The notes under the pieces are model-generated. The model did not search any database and had not been told where the DNA came from. It saw nothing but the letters and a program-made list of their open reading frames with translations. A program made the translations under genes and the position numbers. From assembly GCF_009914755.1 (NCBI RefSeq), contig NC_060927.1: a stretch of DNA of 64,000 nt. One strand, 5' to 3'. This document shows positions 33,051 through 53,335 of the stretch, one piece after another. This DNA comes from the human T2T-CHM13v2.0 reference genome, Homo sapiens. Within the stretch, counting starts at the first letter, position 1. Every line of letters starts with the position of its first letter.

Positions 33051-34939
33051 TAATAAAGTCAACAGCTGCTTTCCTGGGCTTGCCTGAAGGCAAGTCCTGA
33101 AGCATGAAGGTAGCTGAGAGAAGAAGTCATGTGGGGAAAGTTGGTCTCAACTCAACTCTCTGGATTCTAATCCTGGCTTTGAAGCTGACTTCATGGAGGG
33201 GTCTTGGGCAAGCAACTCCACCTCCCTGGCCCTCAGCTTCCTTGAGAATAACCTGAGGAGACTGGATTAAGTGGTCTCTGTAATCCTTCTGGCACAGAAA
33301 TTACTATCTGAAATTCCTTCTGAATTTCTGATTTTTGGCTTTGGATTGACTTAACAATAACTTTCAGAGACTCTCAGCACTGCTGGCCAACAAACAAAGA
33401 GTATGTAAGACTATGCTGGGAGATTAATTCATGATAAAAATAAATACCACATCAGGCTTCTAAGGCTAACAATTCGTTATCTCCCAACTGGAACGACCCC
33501 AACACCGAGGGTTTGCAGCACCCTCGGGTTGTTCACAATGTCTTGTCGAAAGCTTGGGCTCTTTTCTCTAACTTCTCTGAGCTCCCAGATGTGGTTTTGG
33601 TGTAGCTTTTATGATTCCAACGGAATTAGTCTCAGCAGGCTCAAGAAATGGCCTTCCTGGCTTTGGTTATCGCCAGGAACTAGGAAAAGGCAAACACTGC
33701 CCAAGACAGAAGGAAGCCAGGAAGCTTCTGGAACCCCAAGCTTAAAATATTATGAATGGAAATCATTAGGAGGGGATAAAGTGATATAAGAAAAGATTTC
33801 TCCCCCATATTTTTCCTTTTTTATCTGAGCCTACTTTTAAGAAATTGGTATCTGTGGCATCATTGTGAAACCATGACCATGCTACCCATGATCAAAGTTT
33901 GAAAACTGGACTGGATGATTGTAACTTCGAAAGTTACTGCGCAGTCTAAATTTTCCAGGTTGGAGCCTGTGTTCTTTCTAAATTGATTGGGAAAAGACCA
34001 GAATTGGCTTCATAGTGTTATTATGGTTCTGAAACCTGGCTGCACATTAAAATCATATGGAGCTTAAAAAAAAATAACCAAACCCATGCTGAAAGCTCAT
34101 TCCAGGTCAATTATATTATGGTCTTTGGAAAATAAGGCCTAGGCACTGGGGATGAGGAGTGGCAAGCTTGGAACTACAACCATTGCACCTGATGTGGGGG
34201 ATCTGTACATCTGTATTTAATCACCGGCCCCACCCCCAGGTGATCTTGATGTAAGATTAAGTTTGTGGGCCACAGATATAGCCTAAGGAAATAAGTAAAA
34301 GAATGGAAAAAGCTTCCATCCAAAGATGTTTACCTCTCAGGATTATATATGAGACAGCTAAGGCTGTCTCTAGAGCAGTCATGTCACATCACATGGCTTA
34401 ACACAAGAGCCTGCTGACCAGGGGGAGTTCAGAATGAACAACTGCCTTAAGCATGTTAATCAACCCAAGAAAAAAGGTCACTTACAAATTGGAGGCCTGA
34501 GTAGGGAAAAACCACCCTATTGTTGAGACCCAGAAGACCTCTCAACAGCAGGAAAATATCTAGGCTCATTTTTAAAACTTCATTTGTGTCTGGGACATTG
34601 AAGCATAAAATAGGTTTTCTGGGTAAATGACCATATCTGCCTTCCATTCCTAGCTGCTTTGGTTAAGACAGACTTATTTTTATGAACCAAATATCCACTC
34701 TTGCTTCTGGCCTTGGCACAGTTCACATGGAGCATCCTATCCCATCCACTTCAAACTACGGCTAGCCTAGAGATGCCAGCAGCTTCTGGAAGTGGTGCTG
34801 CTCCCGTCTGCTAGCCCAGAGGATGCTGGAGTCAAGGTCTACAGAATATCTCTGATTAACGCCACCTGCCTGCCACTCCACACACTGCCAGGTCAGGAAG
34901 TTCTGACCTCAGGCGGGTGGTAAGCCCTGGGATCCTTAC

Positions 34940-35020
34940 CTGCTTGCCTCGTTTTCCTGGTCTTCCTGTGGGTCCTCGGTGTCCTGCTATCCCAGGTTCA
35001 CCTTTTGGACCCATTTCACC
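34940..35020 (-). CDS. COLQ: COLQ exon 11 ([27 protein letters not shown]; C-terminal heparin-binding site)
   Basis: cag|GGT ... CAG|gtaagg; 81 nt. Confidence 0.97.
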
Positions 35021-37029
35021 CTGGAAAGAAGGAAAGAGAAGCAAGAGAGGACTTAGGGCATGTGGAGTGGGCACATCTACACAGGTCTAGCCAGTCATTG
35101 GCTACGAGGGCAGTCTACTTGATCATTCCGAATCTATGCCAACTGGGCTGCCCTGCAAGGTTAGCAGAGTGAGGAAGTCATGAGAAAGGCAGACATGTCT
35201 TTCATGGAAGAGGAGGGAAGGAAGAAGGTAATTCTGAGTGGGTTATCTGTTACCTGAGAGGGACAGGTGTGGAGCAGCACACATTTTGATGGCCAAATAG
35301 AAGAGACAAATCATCACCCAGAACAGGCAGTGAGAGGCTGGGGCATCCAGCACAGCATGCCTGTGCTAATTACTACAAGCTGTCTGGGAAAACGCTTTCC
35401 TTCTAGTTGGAATTTTATGTTGTGTTTTCTTACGTGCTGTTTTTAGCACAAATTCAAATCTGGAGGTTTTTAAATGATTGGACACTGTTTTGCCAGCTGT
35501 CATCTTTGGGAAGTTTCTACTCATTTAATGACTCTTGCTTAGGATTATGTGCTTGCCCACTCTTAGTAAGCATTGGTTTGAGTTCCAGCTCACTTCCATT
35601 TGATTTAGATGAAAGTTCTTTTGTGGGAGAGATGTTCCAAACATATGTTCACATCTTCAATATAATTATTGAAAAAGGCATGGAGAACAATGGAATCAAT
35701 ATTCCTGTTTGTAAAGCTCTATGTTGAACTATCAAAACCCAATGTACCCATTGCAGAATTTCATAGTTTAAGGCCAATATTTCACAAAACTCATTTCTCC
35801 ATCTTAGTTTCTCTCCTTCTTCCCCATTTTCTTCTACATGGATTCCAGCCCCACTTACTATTTCTTTGGGTCAGCCCACAGGGCGCTTCATTCCTATCTC
35901 CAGTAATCCCCCAACAGCCCAGAATGCACAGCCAACAAGAAAAATTTAGCAATAGCAACCATGAGTGTTAATCAGCAGCCAGTGCCCATGAAGAGCTGCC
36001 CAGACACTCAGAGAGAACAAAAAACACCCAGGCACTTTTTCACATGGCAGTCAGAGGAGGTATAACACAATGGAAAATTCCAGGGAACACCTGTATATGG
36101 AAAGGATCAAACATAAAGCTCTGAAATTATCTGTCAGCTCAGCCAATGTGTCCCTACCCAAGCCACCAATGTCTTGTTTCACCAAGAATTGTCCTTAAAT
36201 CTGTTATTTCTTTCCAACCCATACATCCTTCAACATTCTCTAGGGAATGGGAGCGTGTGAGAGGATAGGATGGATGCCGCATGCCATGGAGATGCTTGCA
36301 GTTTTTCCCTGGCTGTTTTAGAGAGGCTCGGGGATGTCTTTATGGCTGGGAGAAAACAGCAGCACAAGCAGCATTTTTTTTTTTTTTTCAGGGATTGTCA
36401 GAAGGAAGTGTGGCCCTTCTCTACATTAGCTTGAAGCAGTCAGGAATTTCTTGATCTAATTTCTCTCCCAAGACCTAATTATGGTCATCATATCAGCTCT
36501 GTCTTAAAACAGCCTGTCATAAAAGGGGAAGACAACTCTTCAGATGGGAAGTCTAGTAAATGGTGCAGAGGACAGAGAAGCTGCCATACTTAATTTTACA
36601 GTAATTTATTATTCTTTGACGTTCACTGTTGCCCTGAATGAAAAGCTAATCTAAATATTTTTAAGTAAAACTGTTTTTTCTCTTTTAACACTTCCTTTAA
36701 TTTGCTTATATAATTAATCTATTCTTTTAACCCAACACCCTACCTAGGGTAGCAGAGTGTAGTTTCTGACAGCTTAAGGTAGTGATATAATAAATTAATG
36801 CATGTTGATTGAAAATATTTAAACACTTTCCACTGACTAGAAAAGGTAAGATAAAAATTGTTTTAGTTTGGTAAATAAAACTTTAAGGTGAACTTTTAAA
36901 AATGAAAAATACTAACAAAGCATCCCCTTTGCATGTTTGAAGAATATGATGGTTTGAGAACTATGTTAAAATAACAATTTCCAATGTCAATGTCTTATGG
37001 CATGAGGAGCCAAAATGATGTTAGCTTAG

Positions 37030-37861
<832 letters not shown>

Positions 37862-38403
37862 AATATTTAACTATTTAAATACAAAATTTAACTCTTAAAC
37901 AATGTTAGCAGTCTTCAGTTCAAATACTTTTGTGTCCTTCTGGCAGTATGTGCACCGTCCTTGAAGAAGGACTGCAATAAGGCACAGTGACCTTAAGCTA
38001 AAGACACCTGTGCCTTACACTGAGGCCTGTGTGCTGACAGGGGCTTTGACCGTTGTGGCTCAGATCTGAGTCCCCTGTGAGAAAGGTTTCTGCATTTGAA
38101 TAGGACCACAGCCCTCTAAGAGGTAGGAAAAGCAAAAAAGCAAAAAAACAAACAAACAAACAAAAACCCAAAACCCAGATGGGTTGTCCTTTCCTTCCCA
38201 TTGAGCTAGAGGGAGGCTCCAGACCATCCTGCCACCCTCTCCCCAGGGTGAAAAGCAACTTGCTTCCCGTCCCAAAATAGAAGTTTCCATGGTTAAACCC
38301 ACCATCCCTGCCTGATAGACAAGGAGGCAGAGTTCTTTTTGTTGTGCTTGGAGGACCTGATATTTTTATTGAGGCCTATTTTCACTACCTCAAGGTTACT
38401 TAC

Positions 38404-38439
38404 TTTCTGCCCCAACATTCCAGGAAATCCTGGGAAACC
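38404..38439 (-). CDS. COLQ: COLQ exon 10 (GFPGFPGMLGQK)
   Basis: cacag|GGT ... AAA|gtaagt; 36 nt. Confidence 0.96.
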
Positions 38440-38631
38440 CTGTGAAAAGAGCAACAAATAATTGTGATCACCTCTGAAATAACACCTGAAATGGCTGTGG
38501 ACAGGCTTTGTTGGTCATTTTCAAGATGGAGGCCTGTCCATCAGTCCATCATCAGTCCACGGATGGGGGTGGGTGGGGGCTGCTACTTGCATTGACATTT
38601 ATCATTTCTATGGAAAGGTTTTCTCCATTAC

Positions 38632-38676
38632 CTTTTCTCCTTTGGGACCCAGGTCACCCTTTTCACCTCTGGATCC
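38632..38676 (-). CDS. COLQ: COLQ exon 9 (GSRGEKGDLGPKGEK)
   Basis: ctag|GGA ... AAG|gtaatg; 45 nt. Confidence 0.96.
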
Positions 38677-39325
38677 CTAGGAAGAAACCATAGGAGAAAG
38701 TCAATGAGTTAATATCCTGGGAGGGAAATTCAAGCATTTCAAACTGAAAAGCTCCCTAAACCAAAACCCTCATTTTACAAGTGAAGAAATAGGCTCAGAT
38801 ATGTCAGGTGACTTGTCCAGGGAAGGAATGCTTTGTGATCTACTTCTTGTTGAACCCCAAAGACCTCTTGCATTCATAAAGGACAACTCACGGAAAATTC
38901 TGGGCCCCAAATCCTCTCTCATCCTGTAGGAAATTTGTCCACAGGTTGATGCTGTTTTGATTTGGTTTTTGGCCAGGTCAGAAGGTTGTGTGGTGAAAGC
39001 TTGGCCTAAAGACATGCATCACCAATTTCCTCCAGCACTCTGTGCAAACTGTGCTTATTCTCTACCTGGCACGGCCTTCATTTGCTTATGTGCTCCACAC
39101 GAGGGGCCTCTGCCTCTATGGGGAGCCCTTCTCTTACCAGCTTGCCCTGCTTCAGGAGGTCCCTCACTTCTCTCTCAGTCCACTGACAAAGGGTGGGGAA
39201 TAGCTAGGGATGGTGGCTTCAGTTGCAGACTAAAGAGAGACCTGGACCCATTCTCTGCATGTCTCTGATTCCAGAGCCAGTAGCCCAGACCAGGCTCTAG
39301 GACACCATCCAAGAAAAGCACTAAC

Positions 39326-39352
39326 CTTTTCCCCTCTGGATCCAGGGTAGCC
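39326..39352 (-). CDS. COLQ: COLQ exon 8 (GYPGSRGEK)
   Basis: tttag|GGC ... AAG|gttagt; 27 nt. Confidence 0.95.
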
Positions 39353-39825
39353 CTAAAAGAAAGCAGAAGGTACACTTACAATCAGCCCTGTAGGACTTCT
39401 GAGTTTGGTGGAAGAATAGAAGGAATCCCTGAATGTGGTGGTAAGGTATGTCTCCACATTGCACTGTGAGTTTTAGTGGGGTTGCAGCACCAAACACAAA
39501 GATGTCCCAGAGGGTTGTGGTTATACCAGGCCTAAAAGGAACATTGCTTTTATCACTCTGCAAAGTCCTGATCAAAGGTTTCCATCTGCTCTGATGTCCA
39601 GAAGCTTGGTTCTTCCTGCCCAAGAGAACAGCAGGAATGGCATCCCTATGCCCCTGCATCCCAGGGCATGATGTTCTCCAAAGGGCTGGTAAAGGCAGGC
39701 TCTCCAATATCCGTGACATTCCCTAGTCCGGGACTGCAGCCCCACCCAGTCCCTATGTTTGTAGACAGCAGCTGCTCCAGAGCCTGACAGAGATCTGGGA
39801 ACGCCCATTTGGACCCCACACTGAC

Positions 39826-39888
39826 CTTGGAGCCCATTGGTCCTCTTGACCCTGGCAAGCCCATCATACCCAGGTCACCTTTTTCACC
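39826..39888 (-). CDS. COLQ: COLQ exon 7 ([21 protein letters not shown])
   Basis: cacag|GGT ... AAG|gtcagt; 63 nt. Confidence 0.96.
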
Positions 39889-41445
39889 CTGTGGGAATTA
39901 GAAGAAGAAAAGACCCACAGTGATATTTTTTAGAGAAACTGAACCAGGAAGTCACAGGCAAGATTGGGAAGGAACTGGGGATATCAGGGCTGGCTTGTAA
40001 ATCTGAGGACCCCAGATGCACCCACTTTCTCCCTCCTGAGGTCCCAAAACTCCGTACTCCACATTTCATTCTTGTGTTTAAGATTAAATATAAAATGAAA
40101 ACGCCCAAAGTGAAGCAGATCCCCACACCAACTGCTCACTAAGATGTTGTATATGGTAATACTTGGTATTTTCCTAGCGAGGATAGTGAGAGAGTAGTGG
40201 AGGGGGCATGAGGGAACTGGGGCCCCAGAAAACAAGGTGTCAATACACGCAAAAAACATTGCCTGCTTTGCTCTTTGCATAGGAAGGGTCCTCAGAATGA
40301 TTTGTGGTTGGGACTTCCAGCACCCACCCTCTGTACTAAAAATACTCTATACCAGCACTAACCAATAGAAATATAAGGTGAGCCACATACTTAATTTTAA
40401 ACTTTTAAAAGAAGTCACCTTAAAGTAAAACTAAACGAATGAAGTTAATTTTAATAGATCTCCTTTAATCTAATTAATCATCCCAACTTGTAATCTATAC
40501 AAAAATTATTGAGATATTTTACATTGTGCTTTTCATAATAAGTACTTGAAATCTGCTATGTAATTTACATTTACACATCTCCATTCAGGTGCTAAATTTT
40601 CATCCAAAATATTTAATCTGTACTTAGAGATCATAAAATTTATAGTTGAAAAAGCAGATTCATGCATTCAAGTTGCTCCAAACATACTTTAACATTTTCA
40701 AATAACTGAATTTAGTAAAGGTTAATTCAAATAGTTAAAATTTAAAAATTCAGTTCCTCAGTAGCACTAGCAACATTCCACGGGCTTGAGGGTCACATGT
40801 GGCTACTGGCTGCTGTGCAGGACAGCTCAGCTGTATGCAGAGGATTTTTAAAATATCCTTTTGGGACTTTTCCTAAGAGGACTGGACACACAGTTTTCCA
40901 CTGCTATAATATAGCCAGTAAACAAATCAGAGCAGATGGTGAGATCCACCTGCCCAGCTCTGACTTCTGCAGATAAAACTCTGAGTCACGCCTCTGAACC
41001 CTCTAGTCTATGACTACTAGTGGGAAAAACAGAGGCACAGATGGGGATGTGCTTGCTTTCCATAGCCTGACTGAGGAAGGAGATTTCATCAGCACTCGAC
41101 AATCCCTCTCTGAATGTAGGATTTCCATCCTTCAGCCAGCCAACACCACCTTCTCAACTCTCCATTCCCTGCCAGGTCAGCATGACAGGCAAGAGCTTCC
41201 CAGACGCAAGCCCCTCTTAGGTCATCTCAGGGAAACCAGAGTGGGGTGCTAGTTCCTAGGACAAAGGAGAACCACGGCCCCTGTAGAAGAGGGTACCAGC
41301 CCCCTATTTCTCCTCCCACAGGAACAGAGCTGTTGCACTGATCAAGGTCTTGCAGGCCAAGTGAAGGAGGAAGTATCTGGGGCCCTGTGGCCAGTCCTTA
41401 AGCTCTCTTCTTCTTCCCCCTCTTGAAGAAGGGATTCCCTGACTA

Positions 41446-41643
<198 letters not shown>

Positions 41644-43377
41644 TTACTTCTAATAAATATGTTTTGTCTCTGGGGCCCAGAGGAGACAGTGGGTTCTCTA
41701 GGCATGGCTACTATGACCCTCATCCCCACTCTCCAAAGACTGATGGCCTGACAAGCCCTTGGTGTCACACTGTATCATCAAACAAGACCTTATTCTTCTC
41801 AAGAAATGGAGGGTGGTGAGAAAGGGACTCTAAACTTCTTGGTTTTTTAATTTTTGTCACTTCTACCCACCCCCACCCAAAAGTCCCCTGCGTTCCAATG
41901 GGTTCTTTCCAAGGATGTGCTATGGAATGAGATAGGATTACATTTGGGGAGCAGTAGCAGATGCTGTCAGCACTCTTTCAAGGTCTTTTTGACCTGCTCA
42001 GAGTGCCCATCGCCCAGAGGCTACCTTCCTTGCTGCTAACAGCTCATTTCTGCTACCTGTAACTGCGGTTTGCCCTTGAGCAATTGGAGCTGCCCAGTAA
42101 TTTATGTAACTCTCCTTCCTGCAGCCAATAGTCCAGCTCCCTTACCTTTGGGCAGCTGACACTCTCAAGCTCCCCCTAGATATCAGACTGCTAAAGCTCG
42201 ACTTCACCTGATACCACACCTTTGCCTGGCTTCTCCCATTCTCCCTACAGGTTCCTCCCGAGAGTGGTCCCATAATAATGTATTCACTTGCACAGGGTAC
42301 ATGTCACCTGTGTCTCTGCCTAAGCCAGGGCTATGGAAGAGCAAGCCCTGCAAGAGAGAGTGGGTGCAGGTGCTAAGGGCCTATCTTGACCTTGTGCCCA
42401 TTAGCTAATTTCGCAATTAGCTAGAGATGTGAAGGGCTCAGCCCCTAAACCAGATATACCAAATCCTGGCACGTGTACTGGTTTCTACTGTTGCCTCCCA
42501 CATCCATGGCGACATCACTAATCAATCATGGTCCTTGTTAGGCCTGAGCATGGACACCACAGCAGAATATCCTTTGACCATTGCCATGGAGACCACCCCA
42601 GCACTTCAGACAGCCACTGTGCCTTGGCTATAGTTTTCATCTGTGCCCTAAAGAGTTGTAACTTTGTCTTGCAAAAGTCTGTTTAAGGATCTTGTGGACC
42701 ATGAAACCATTTAATAAACCATTTAACAATAAATATAGTAATTTATATTTAGAGCCATGGACATCTTTCTTGGCCAAAGTTTTGCACGCTTGTCTATAAC
42801 CAAGACCTAGAAATTCAGTGCCAGTATCCACTGACCTCAGCAAATATAATAGGCAGCTGATTTACTCCCTCCTGACACTAATGAGAGCCTTGATAACATG
42901 TGTTTGGTTCACTCAGAGTCACCGTGACCTTAAGTAACCTCCATTTATTTCAGCTGAGCCAAAAAGCAAAAGCCATTTGTTTCTGTCTGCTCTGGCACTT
43001 TATTCAAATTTAATCAAACAGAGAGTGACAGTCATTCAATGTCACTGGTTGGAGCTATGAAGGGTTTCTCTGATGGGTAGCAGAGTGAGATGGTCTGGGG
43101 TTGGGGCGGGAAGTGAGAGGGGTGGAATTTGGCCAGGTTTGGCAGCCCCCGGAAGAAGTCTGAATGCCTGGCAGTAGCAGGCTCCTGCTCCTGAACAAAG
43201 AAGTTGACAGAAAGGGCAAGGTTACTACTGTCACCATCGAGACAGCAGCACCATCACTGTCCACCTGGGTATCAGTGACCACTGAAGTGCATTGCTGTTC
43301 CCCCCTCCCTAGGAGTGCATGCACACACATGAAGCACAGACGCTCATGTGACACTCACAGAACAGCGCAGACCATAC

Positions 43378-43404
43378 CTTCCTTCCTGGTCGGCCAAGCT
43401 CCCC
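43378..43404 (-). CDS. COLQ: COLQ exon 5 (GELGRPGRK; N-terminal heparin-binding site)
   Basis: atag|GGG ... AAG|gtatgg; 27 nt. Confidence 0.95.
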
Positions 43405-43738
43405 CTATGGATGGAGAAGACAGGTAAGGAGAGGCTGCTTTGGAAGAGATGTTCTGGAAGCAGAAGCCTTAGTAGAGCTGATGACTGGGCATGGCCATGT
43501 GGCTCAGTTGCTTGGCTGCTGCTCACGGCCCCGCTGCCATGTCGATAGGCCACGTCAAAATACACCAGTGTTATCCCATATGTGCTGCAGCAGCCCAGCC
43601 ATCATGGAACCCAGCCTCTCACCAAGGCAGAGTTAGCACATGTTTGGAAATCTCAACTAGGAAATTCTCAGTGGGATGCCCAGAAAACAGGCTGGAATTG
43701 CCAAGGAAAGAAGGGTTGAAGAAAGTAGTGGTCCATAC

Positions 43739-43783
43739 CTTTTCTCCCTTTGGTCCTGTCTTGCCAGGAAGCCCCGGTGGACC
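43739..43783 (-). CDS. COLQ: COLQ exon 4 (GPPGLPGKTGPKGEK)
   Basis: ttag|GGT ... AAG|gtatgg; 45 nt. Confidence 0.96.
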
Positions 43784-44587
43784 CTAATCAATCAAGATAA
43801 AAAGTGAAGAAAGTATATATCAGTCTGAAGCTGGATGGGTGTGAGGCTCTTGGTGCACTGGGCTCCTACAGCAGCAACATCATTCTCTGGGCAGATGTAG
43901 GGCTCCAGGGACCCATGGAGGCTTTTCCTTTGCCCTCCAGCCCAGTCCCCTCCTCTGTTCCTCCTCTTTAGCTTTCTCTGAGCTGGTTTTCCAGTGGCTC
44001 CATGGTTGCAATGCTTACATATCTACTCTGTGGTTTTAATTTTCTCCCTGTAACTCTTTGTTTGCATAAAACATCCCAAGTGCTTGTTGAGAGCAACAAA
44101 AGAGTCTTGAATAAATCCCATTTGCTGAAAACAAGAGGCTTCATCACCTCTCATATCTTTTCAGTTACTCTTGCCAAACTTCCCTGGGGGCCTGACAAGA
44201 GACAAGTTAAGTTTTGCACATAGCAGCAGCTGCCACCTTGGAAATTCCCATGGTCAATTTGTGGGTACTAGGTGCCAAATAATTTTTGCCTTTCTTCAGC
44301 AGGAAAAAAGTCTTCTTTTTTAAGACACTAAGAATGTTGGCAAGTAAAGAGTGCATTTTTGTGCCTTGGAGAGGAGCTGACTCTAGCTCAGGGACCCTAC
44401 AACTCACTGCATCAAAGCTTTGCATATCCACAGCCAGAATGTGCCTGCAAAATGCTCAGTCAGCTGTTTTCCAAATTCTCCAAAACAGCAGAGAGGAAAT
44501 TCATCAAAATTCTCCAGGCCCCCACTGCAACCCCAGGATCTGCAGGTGAACATGCATAATGCAAAGCCTGTTTGAAATATGATTTCT

Positions 44588-49925
<5,338 letters not shown>

Positions 49926-50076
49926 TGAAATATGATTTCTACAAAACTTATCCAAATAACAACAGCTCCCCTCAGCCTGTGGTTCCCAAGTCTATCAGCA
50001 CATTACAATTCTCTGGAGATGTTTGAAAAATCCCAAAGCCCAGGCCCCAACCCAGCCCAATTAAATAACAACCTCA

Positions 50077-50390
50077 GGCTGGGTGGGGTGGCTTATGCCT
50101 ATAATCTCAGCACTTTGGGAGGCCAATGTGGGAGTATTGCTTGAGCCCAGGAGTTTGAGACCAACCTGGTCAATGTGTTGAGACCCTGTCTCTACAAAAT
50201 ATTAAGAAATTAGCCAGGCATGATGGTATGTGCACCTGTGGTCCCACCCTCCTGTGGGAGGCTGATGTAGGAGGCTCACTTAAGCCTGGGAAGTGAAGGC
50301 TGCAGTTAGCTGCGATCAAGCCACTGCACTCTAACCTACGTGGCACAGTGAGACTCTCTTCCCAATAATAATAATGATAATAATAATAAA
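50077..50390 (+). mobile_element. AluJ within a MER5-like relic
   Basis: Dimer with (TAA)n tail. Confidence 0.9.
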
Positions 50391-50611
50391 TAGCAATCTC
50401 AGGGGAGGAGGAACAAGCATCAGTAATTTTTGGAGCTCCCCCAGGGAATCGTAATGTGTAGATAAGTTTGAGAACCAGTATCTTTGGTTTATTCACCTTC
50501 TATTTTTGGATAGGGAAGAGGAGGGTTTTCATTCCAATCTCTTGATTCTTCCAAGCCTTAGTTCTTTCTGTTTCTTGAAGTGGACTAGAACTATTTCACA
50601 AGGTCATTGTG

Positions 50612-50800
50612 CTCTAGCTCAGTGCCTCTCCAACTTTAATGTGCAGATGACCCACTCCGTTCACTTGGTGGAGGGGTGGTATCTTGTTAGAATGCAGATT
50701 CTGATAGAATGAATTTGTCAGGGGGATGACATTCTGCATTTCTAACCAGCTCCCATATGATACCAATGTTGCTGGTTCACAGACCTCACTTTGAGTAGGG
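50612..50800. mobile_element. MER5A-like relic
   Basis: cagtgcctctccaactt...gaatgcagattctgat...ctgcatttctaaccagctccc...cactttgagtag. Confidence 0.7.
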
Positions 50801-51254
50801 ACAGCATCCACATTGTGTTCTAAGGACATGAAGGTGGCTACACAGGACCCTGCATTTGGGCAACACAGCCTCCACATGCTTCAAAGGGGATTGCACGAGG
50901 TTAGAGATGTGTGTGACCAGAGAGCCACTGTCCTGAGGTCAGCAGAAAATCCCCCTTTTCTTTTCTATATTCCATGGGTTCTAGCATGCCTGAGACCTGT
51001 TAGTGTAGACTGCTGAAGGTGGGAAGATAGAAATGCACCTCCGAGGATTCTCATCTTGCTTTTCTGCAGGCTTCCAAGCTTTTCTGTGGCAGCCTCTGGC
51101 CAACTCTGGGTTCAAAGTCCTGTTTTCTTTCTTGTATCCAACAAGTAATTACGGAGAACCTATACCAACCCCGTGCACTGTTGTAGACAGGGAATATAAT
51201 AGTGAGTGAGATGGACAATGTCTCTGTTCCCACAGACCAAGGTTTGATACAGGT

Positions 51255-51432
51255 TTTCTTTAGAAGGCTACATTGTCAATATCTTAGGCTTTGTGGGCCA
51301 CATTTGGTCTCTGTCACAACTACTCAACTCTGCCTTTGTCGTGAAAAAGCAGCCACAGACAATAAAACTTCGATGTTTTATTGAAACTTTGCCGCAGGAT
51401 TTGATCCACAGATATAGTTTGCCAACCCCTGC
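51255..51432. mobile_element. MER58A-like relic
   Basis: aatatcttaggctttgtgggccac...actactcaactctgcc...tagtttgccaacccctg. Confidence 0.7.
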
Positions 51433-52534
51433 CATTGAGCTTACGTTTTACAGAGGGGAGACCAGGAACAGAAGAACAGATAAGAAAACTGTAACAGGAT
51501 GAAAAAATCATGCAGAGAATTAAAGTAGGTCATTGTGGCAGAGAGTGATTGTGGTGGTCGTGTGGGCAGGAGACTACTTTAAGTGGTTGAGTGGGTGGTA
51601 GAAGAAGGCATTTCTAAGGAGGTGGCATAGAAGCTGAGTCCTGAGTGGCCAACAGGAGCTGGCCATGATACAAACCAGAAAGAACATTCCAAACAGCAGG
51701 AACCACAAGTGCAAAGGCCCTGTGGCTAAAGCAAGCTTGGAGTGTTTGAGAACCCGAGAGATGGTCACTGTGGCTGAGTCAACGAGACAATGGAGGTGGT
51801 ATGAGGTGATGTAGGAGATACAGGCCGGAGTCCCCTCTTGTGGGGCTTTGTAATCCAGGTGAGCCTTCAAGTGTCCAGAAGCCACAGGAGTGTTTACCCA
51901 GGTGGGTGATGTCATTTTTACGCCCCCTGCATGGGAAGGCACTTGGGAACTAACTGCTCCTTACACCCTCTTTCTCCTCCCCATGGAAGGCTCAGACCCA
52001 GCTGTCCCTCACCGATGGAGCACCCTCTTGGAGGCAGGCCAGAGGGGCCAGGACTCTGTGGGGTGGGGTCTCTGGAGGGTACTCTTGTTTGTCTAGAAAT
52101 CCTTTCTGCAGCATTTTGACTGTTTCCCCTTTAGCTTTGGTGGGGAGGGGTGGGCTGCTTGGTAGCAATACCTGGGGGCCCAGTGAGGCAGGAAACCGTC
52201 TCCTCTGCACCTCCACTTTCCTGTGCTGAACGCAGGCACCTCTGGGTCCACAGGAGGGGTCAATGGTTACATAAGGGGCACTGTCATCAAGTGTTTGTAT
52301 GATTGTAACTGTAATAAAAACCATATCCATAGAGGTGGCATCCTCATTTGATTCCCCCAAAATTCAGTATTGTAGGGACAATTATTATCCCCATTGCATA
52401 GATGAGGAAATCAAGGATGGGAGGCCAGAATTTACCCAGCAAAGAGTCAGTGTTCTATCCAAGTGGCTTTGGAGCAGGAAGTAAGCGAGAGAAGGAAAAA
52501 CAGCTTTGTATCACATGAGAAAGAGCAGACACTA

Positions 52535-52738
<204 letters not shown>

Positions 52739-52984
52739 TCAGGCGTAGGGGACAGAGGAAGGGTCACCATCCTGGACACAGACCTGCTCCGGGATCAGGT
52801 CTCTAAGCCTGGCAGTTCCCTGACACCCCAATGACTGCCCCAAGAAGATGACACCTTGGGCTACCAGTTTCTGTTCTCTCATCTGCTCTTGAGACGAACC
52901 TGGCTTGTATGGATTACAGACACCTCGTAGCCACTTTGGATAGAGTTTGGAAGCTCATTTCAGGGGCCTCTATCCAATGTGTAG

Positions 52985-53335
52985 GTTAGCACTGTCCAAT
53001 GGAAACATAACTAACGTGAGGCACCAATAAGAGCAACACTGTAATTTTAAATTGTCTAGTAGTCACTTTTTTACCTTTCAAGAAGGTAAAAAGAAAAAAG
53101 TCAAATTAATTTTAATAATATACTTTCTTTAACCCAACAAAACTCAAATATTATCATTTTAACATATATTCAGTATTGGAAAGTTAACTAATGAGATAGT
53201 TTACATTCTTTTCTCATACTACTTCTTTCGAAATCCAGTATGTATTTTACACTTACAGCACACCTCAACTTGAACTAGCCACATTGCAAGTGCCAGATAG
53301 CTACATATGGCTAGTGGCTCCTGAATTGGACAGCT
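52985..53335. mobile_element. MER3/MER33-like relic (similar element at ~40350-40830)
   Basis: cactgtccaat...ctagccacatt.caagtg...tggctagtggct...attggacagc. Confidence 0.65.
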
